Assembly (NCBI GenBank): GCA_049599475.1
Contig: JBMYOQ010000106.1
Coordinates: 1 to 11,608, forward strand
Origin: Opitutales bacterium
Lineage (GTDB): Bacteria; Verrucomicrobiota; Verrucomicrobiia; Opitutales; JABSRG01
DNA: 11,608 nucleotides
Reading direction: 5' to 3'
Part shown: piece by piece, positions 8,216 through 11,608 of the stretch
Numbering within the stretch: position 1 is the first letter of the stretch
Layout: every line of letters begins with the position of its first letter
Position numbers and translations under genes: made by a program
The notes under the pieces: generated by a model
The model's input: only the letters and a program-made list of their open reading frames with translations
Databases searched by the model: none
Told to the model about the DNA's origin: nothing

Positions 8216-8314
8216 CATAGCGCGGTAGCGCGGAGATGGCGAAACCGTTAGGTTTCGTCCGAAGGACGCCGAAGCGGGTGCCCTCTGGGCAGCTGAGGCG
8301 CACGGATGAAGGAT
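8201..8314 (+). repeat. Heptamer repeat copy 2, interrupted by an 88-nt GC-rich multi-hairpin insert (8216-8303)
   Basis: AAGGATGAAGGATGA (8201-8215) and GGATGAAGGAT (8304-8314) rejoin into a near copy of the 4083-4112 unit. Confidence 0.7.
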
Positions 8315-8377
8315 TGTGATTTTTAAGGAAGGCTGGGCATGTCAAGGGATTAAGAGGGGGGTAACAGCAATTACGCT

Positions 8378-8407
8378 TTCATCCTTCATCCCTCAACCTT
8401 CATCCTT
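8378..8407 (-). repeat. 30-nt heptamer-periodic repeat, copy 3 (inverted)
   Basis: TTCATCCTTCATCCCTCAACCTTCATCCTT is the 30/30 reverse complement of 4083-4112 and lies 8 nt past the trpC stop. Confidence 0.95.
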
Positions 8408-8415
8408 TCCTACCC

Positions 8416-9213
8416 CTACGCTTCGTGGAAGGCTTTTACGAGTTCGTCTGGGTCTTCGGCGCGCATGAGGGCTTCTCCGACTAGGATTGCGTTTGCGCCG
8501 CAGGCGCTGGCGCGTTCAGCGTCTTCGGGTGTGAAGATACCGCTTTCGCTCACCGCGATCACTTCGTCTGGAATTTGTGGAATGATCAATTCGGAGATCG
8601 CGAGATCGGTCACAAAGCGCGAGAGGTCGCGATTGTTCACGCCGACAATCTTGGGGCCGAAGGGTAGGGCGCGTTCTAGCTCAGCTTCGGTGTGGACCTC
8701 GAATAGAGAATCGAGACCGGCGAGGGTCGCACATTCGTAGAGCTTCTTGATTTCGTCGTCTTCAAGAGCGCGCACGATGATCAATATGCAGCGTGCACCG
8801 GCCTCGGCGGCTTCCACGATTTGGATCGGGTCGACCATGAAATCTTTGCGTAGGCACGGCGTCGGGCGCTGATGTTCTTCAATGAAATCCACGACGTTCC
8901 AGAGATCCTGGAGCGTACCGCCGAAATATTTTTCATCTGTGAGCACGGAGAAGGCGTCGGCCTCAGCATTTAGGTAAAGCCTGGCTTGCTCTGCGGCATC
9001 GGGTAGCGGCTTGATCTCTCCGGCGGACGGGGACTTGCGCTTGATTTCTGCAATCACGGCTAAGCCTTCATCGTCGCGTAAGAGGGCCTCGCGGAACGGG
9101 CGGGATGAGCGCTGCATGGTGCTCAGTTGCGTGAGTTCACGCTCGGAGACTGGGCGAATGCGCGTCGCAATTTCCTGGCGTTTCCAGGCCATGATTTCGG
9201 CAAGTTTGTCCAT
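8416..9213 (-). CDS. trpC: Indole-3-glycerol phosphate synthase
   Basis: VIAEIKRKSPSAG, SVLTDEKYFGG, LRKDF, LFEVH, GVNNRDL, VSESGI, LVGEALM. Start set at ATG 9213 (MDKLAEI), matching the usual TrpC N-terminus. Confidence 0.95.
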   Translation of the reverse strand: MDKLAEIMAWKRQEIATRIRPVSERELTQLSTMQRSSRPFREALLRDDEGLAVIAEIKRKSPSAGEIKPLPDAAEQARLYLNAEADAFSVLTDEKYFGGTLQDLWNVVDFIEEHQRPTPCLRKDFMVDPIQIVEAAEAGARCILIIVRALEDDEIKKLYECATLAGLDSLFEVHTEAELERALPFGPKIVGVNNRDLSRFVTDLAISELIIPQIPDEVIAVSESGIFTPEDAERASACGANAILVGEALMRAEDPDELVKAFHEA

Positions 9214-9319
9214 GTGAGTTTTGTGCGTTGATCTGAAAGCGAATTGGTTATTATTCCTGAGCATTGTTGGAATTTGCAACCCGCGAAATTCCCAGATTCA
9301 TCCAAAAACATCCGTCACA

Positions 9320-9991
9320 TTGAGCGCAATTGAAGATTTGATATACACGGTATCCCGGTTGAGAGCCCCTGGAGGCTGCCCATGGGATCAGGAGCAAACA
9401 CACCAAAGCTTGGCGCAATGTCTGGTGGATGAGTGCTCGGAGCTCTTGGAAACGATTGATCTGGATGACAAAGAGCATATGCGCGAAGAGCTCGGCGACG
9501 TCCTGTGTCAGGTCGTCATGCATGCACAGATGGCCAGCGAAGACGGGAATTTCAATTTTGAGGATGTTGCTCGCGGGATTAACGAAAAGCTCGTGCGCCG
9601 CCATCCGCATGTTTTTGGAGAATCGAGTGGCCAAGTCGATGATTCGGGGAAAGTCCTCAAACTCTGGGATGAAATCAAGGCTCAGGAAAAGGGGCGCAAG
9701 CAACCGAAGGGACTGTTTAAAGATTTGCCGCCCCAATTACCCGCGCTTCTTTATGCAGATGCTGTGGTGAAGCAGGTGAACAAGAAAGGTGTCCCCGTTG
9801 ATCGCTTTTTGGATTCGGATGCAGTGGAAGCGAGAGCTGCAGAGGCGCAAGAAGCTGAGATTGGCCGCGACTTGTTTGAACTGGTAGCAACGTGTCGTGC
9901 TGCGGGAATTGACCCGGAATCTGCTTTGAGGCGTTACACCACTCAACTAGTTGAGACTTGTGAGGCAGAACACACCCAGCGCGACACGTAG
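9320..9991 (+). CDS. mazG: MazG-family nucleoside triphosphate pyrophosphohydrolase
   Basis: RLRAPGGCPWDQEQTHQSL, EELGDVL, KLVRRHPHVFG, WDEIKAQEK, LPAL and GIDPESALR motifs. TTG start at 9320 is inferred because the MazG-like sequence begins there. Confidence 0.9.
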   Translation: MSAIEDLIYTVSRLRAPGGCPWDQEQTHQSLAQCLVDECSELLETIDLDDKEHMREELGDVLCQVVMHAQMASEDGNFNFEDVARGINEKLVRRHPHVFGESSGQVDDSGKVLKLWDEIKAQEKGRKQPKGLFKDLPPQLPALLYADAVVKQVNKKGVPVDRFLDSDAVEARAAEAQEAEIGRDLFELVATCRAAGIDPESALRRYTTQLVETCEAEHTQRDT

Positions 9992-10733
9992 TCGCATCTT
10001 ATGTTTAGACGTTGAACACGCCGGCGAACGCTTGCCGGTCGAGGTGGAACTGCGTAGACAGCCCAGGGCTCGCCATTTTCGACTGAGGGTTAAGACGCGC
10101 AATCGAGCGCTCCTTACCTTGCCCTGGAATGCCTCTTATGCAGAAGCAGAGGCGTTTCTAAACAGCAATATCGAGTGGCTGGGCCAGCATTTGGTGACTA
10201 AGCCAGATCAGAATTCGCTGGCGAATCACATGGAGCAATTCCCGACAGTGTCGGTTCGGGGGAAGAGCTATTCGCTCGATGTTGTAACCGAAAATGCGCG
10301 GAACCGACTGTCCGTGCGAGTTGACCGTGAGCGGGAACGGGTGCAGGTCGCGTTGCCGCGTGGTATTTCCATCATCACTTCTGAGATCTGGCTCGATGTC
10401 TTAAAACAAATCGCGAAAGTGCAGCTGGATCTGAGGGTTTGCGACTTGGCTGAGCGGATATCGATCGAGATACCCGATGTGTCCGTCAGAGACCAAGAAT
10501 CACGCTGGGGCAGTTGCTCCAGCTCCGGGCGCATCAGCTTGAATTGGCGTCTCATCATGCTGCCGCCCGTTCTCCAGGACTACGTTATTTATCATGAACT
10601 AGCTCACTTGGAGGAAATGAATCATAGCCCTCGATTTTGGGACCTCTTGCATACCTATGACCCGAGAGCAGGCCGGCATGATTTGGCGCTCAGTAAAGAA
10701 TATGGTTTTTTAATGAACTTTGGTCGCGAATAA
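9951..10733 (+). CDS. YgjP/DUF45 (M48/SprT-like) HExxH metal-dependent hydrolase
   Basis: RDQESRWGSCS..G.ISLNWRL...P....DYVIYHELAHLEEMNHSPRFW signature. Start uncertain (TTG 9951 overlaps mazG; TTG 10032 or GTG 10044 possible). Confidence 0.85.
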   Translation: MRLVRQNTPSATRSRILCLDVEHAGERLPVEVELRRQPRARHFRLRVKTRNRALLTLPWNASYAEAEAFLNSNIEWLGQHLVTKPDQNSLANHMEQFPTVSVRGKSYSLDVVTENARNRLSVRVDRERERVQVALPRGISIITSEIWLDVLKQIAKVQLDLRVCDLAERISIEIPDVSVRDQESRWGSCSSSGRISLNWRLIMLPPVLQDYVIYHELAHLEEMNHSPRFWDLLHTYDPRAGRHDLALSKEYGFLMNFGRE

Positions 10734-10775
10734 GATCAAGAGCGGTGGTTTGACACCGAGATACGTTTGTAGAAC

Positions 10776-11576
10776 ATGAACACGATGCTGATTCGACTCA
10801 TTGTGCTCAGTCTCGTGCTAGCATGGGACGTATTGGGCTCAGCGCTTGTTACCCTCCCCATCACAAGAACGTTTCATGATGCGGATGGTCGGCCTTTATA
10901 TGGTCAGCTCCTGAAGGTGAAAGAAGACCAAGTGTATCTACAGCGTGATTTGGATGGAGCGCGATTCTGGGTACCTCGAAATACTTTGTCTCAAGATGAT
11001 CAGGATTGGTTGCTTACTCAGTTTCCCGAGCACTCGGGGCAGGATGCTTTTGAGAAATTGGAGTGGCCAGATCGCGCGGAACCCAGTGAGCCGGTGAAAA
11101 TCGAAGTTGTTGAGGAAACCTATAAGGATAATCGATTTATTTACGCTTCCGAGCATTTCCAATATGAATCCCCTGGAAGGCTGACACGGTCTTTGGTTAG
11201 AGAATTTGCGGAGGTCTTCGAGGCAACGTTTGCTGCGGTCATGGCGATGCCGTTGCCGTTTAAAGAATTGCCCCCTGATGAACCGATGCGTGTTTAGATT
11301 TTCGATACGCTCGCGTCTTATTATCGAGCTGGAGGCCTGCGTGGCTCTGCGGGCGTCTACCTGTATCATGAGCATATATGCTTGGTGCCCATACGTTCGC
11401 TGGGGCTAGAACCGACGTCTACTGGGTATCGTAAACAGGGAGAGATTAATCACCGTATTTTGCTGCATGAAGTCACTCACCAAGTGATGCACAAGTGGCG
11501 GCTGCCTGTGTGGCTCCAGGAAGGGATTGCTGAATACGTGGAACGTGTGCCTTATACCGCTTCGCAAAAATATTGA
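10776..11576 (+). pseudogene. Exported SHD1-domain + gluzincin (HExxH...E) metallopeptidase-like gene interrupted by in-frame TAG at 11295-11297
   Basis: Signal-peptide-like N-terminus and SHD1-like RTFHDADGR...VPRNTLSQDDQDWL. The same frame continues past the TAG as IFDTLASYYRAGGLRGSAGVY...LVPIRSLG...LLHEVTHQ...LPVWLQEGIAEY to TGA 11574-11576. Confidence 0.75.
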
Positions 11577-11608
11577 TAAGATGCGGCAATCTGACACGAT
11601 ATCAGGAT

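Noticed and set aside
4083..8407. Transposon or IS bounded by the 30-bp inverted repeats, or a CRISPR array
   Set aside because: No transposase inside, no obvious target-site duplication, no regularly spaced direct repeats and no cas genes.
10750..10775. Promoter TTGACA...TAGAAC before the SHD1 gene
   Set aside because: The spacer is only 14 nt and the -10 candidate abuts the ATG; not supportable.
11295..11297. Genome-wide TAG recoding or pyrrolysine insertion
   Set aside because: TAG is the normal stop of the SGNH gene, oleB, trpC and mazG in this window, and no pyl genes are visible.
9251..11375. Minus-strand ORFs 9251-9736, 10268-10558 and 10938-11375, and other short overlapping ORFs
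   Set aside because: Shadows of mazG, the YgjP-like gene and the SHD1 gene.

Overview
An 11.6-kb bacterial chromosomal window. Gene style (SHD1-domain protein, solitary trpC, short MazG, oleAB) suggests PVC superphylum, probably Verrucomicrobiota; this is inference. Core: a tightly linked five-gene lipid cluster on + (1318-6076) encoding a CrtI/phytoene-desaturase-like FAD oxidoreductase, a FabZ-like dehydratase, a divergent FabI-like enoyl-ACP reductase, an OleA-type condensing enzyme and an OleB-type beta-lactone decarboxylase, with no oleC, oleD or ACP gene in the window. Flanking genes: exported SGNH hydrolase, HAD hydrolase, bile acid:Na+ symporter-family transporter, trpC, mazG, a YgjP/DUF45 HExxH protein, and an SHD1 + gluzincin peptidase gene broken by an in-frame TAG. 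Most larger intergenic spaces carry palindromic elements whose arms are built from 7-, 8- or 9-nt tandem units. One 30-nt heptamer-based unit occurs as a perfect inverted pair 4.3 kb apart (4083-4112 / 8378-8407). A third copy is split by an 88-nt multi-hairpin insert, and the repeat supplies the same C-terminal KDEG-stop to two unrelated genes.
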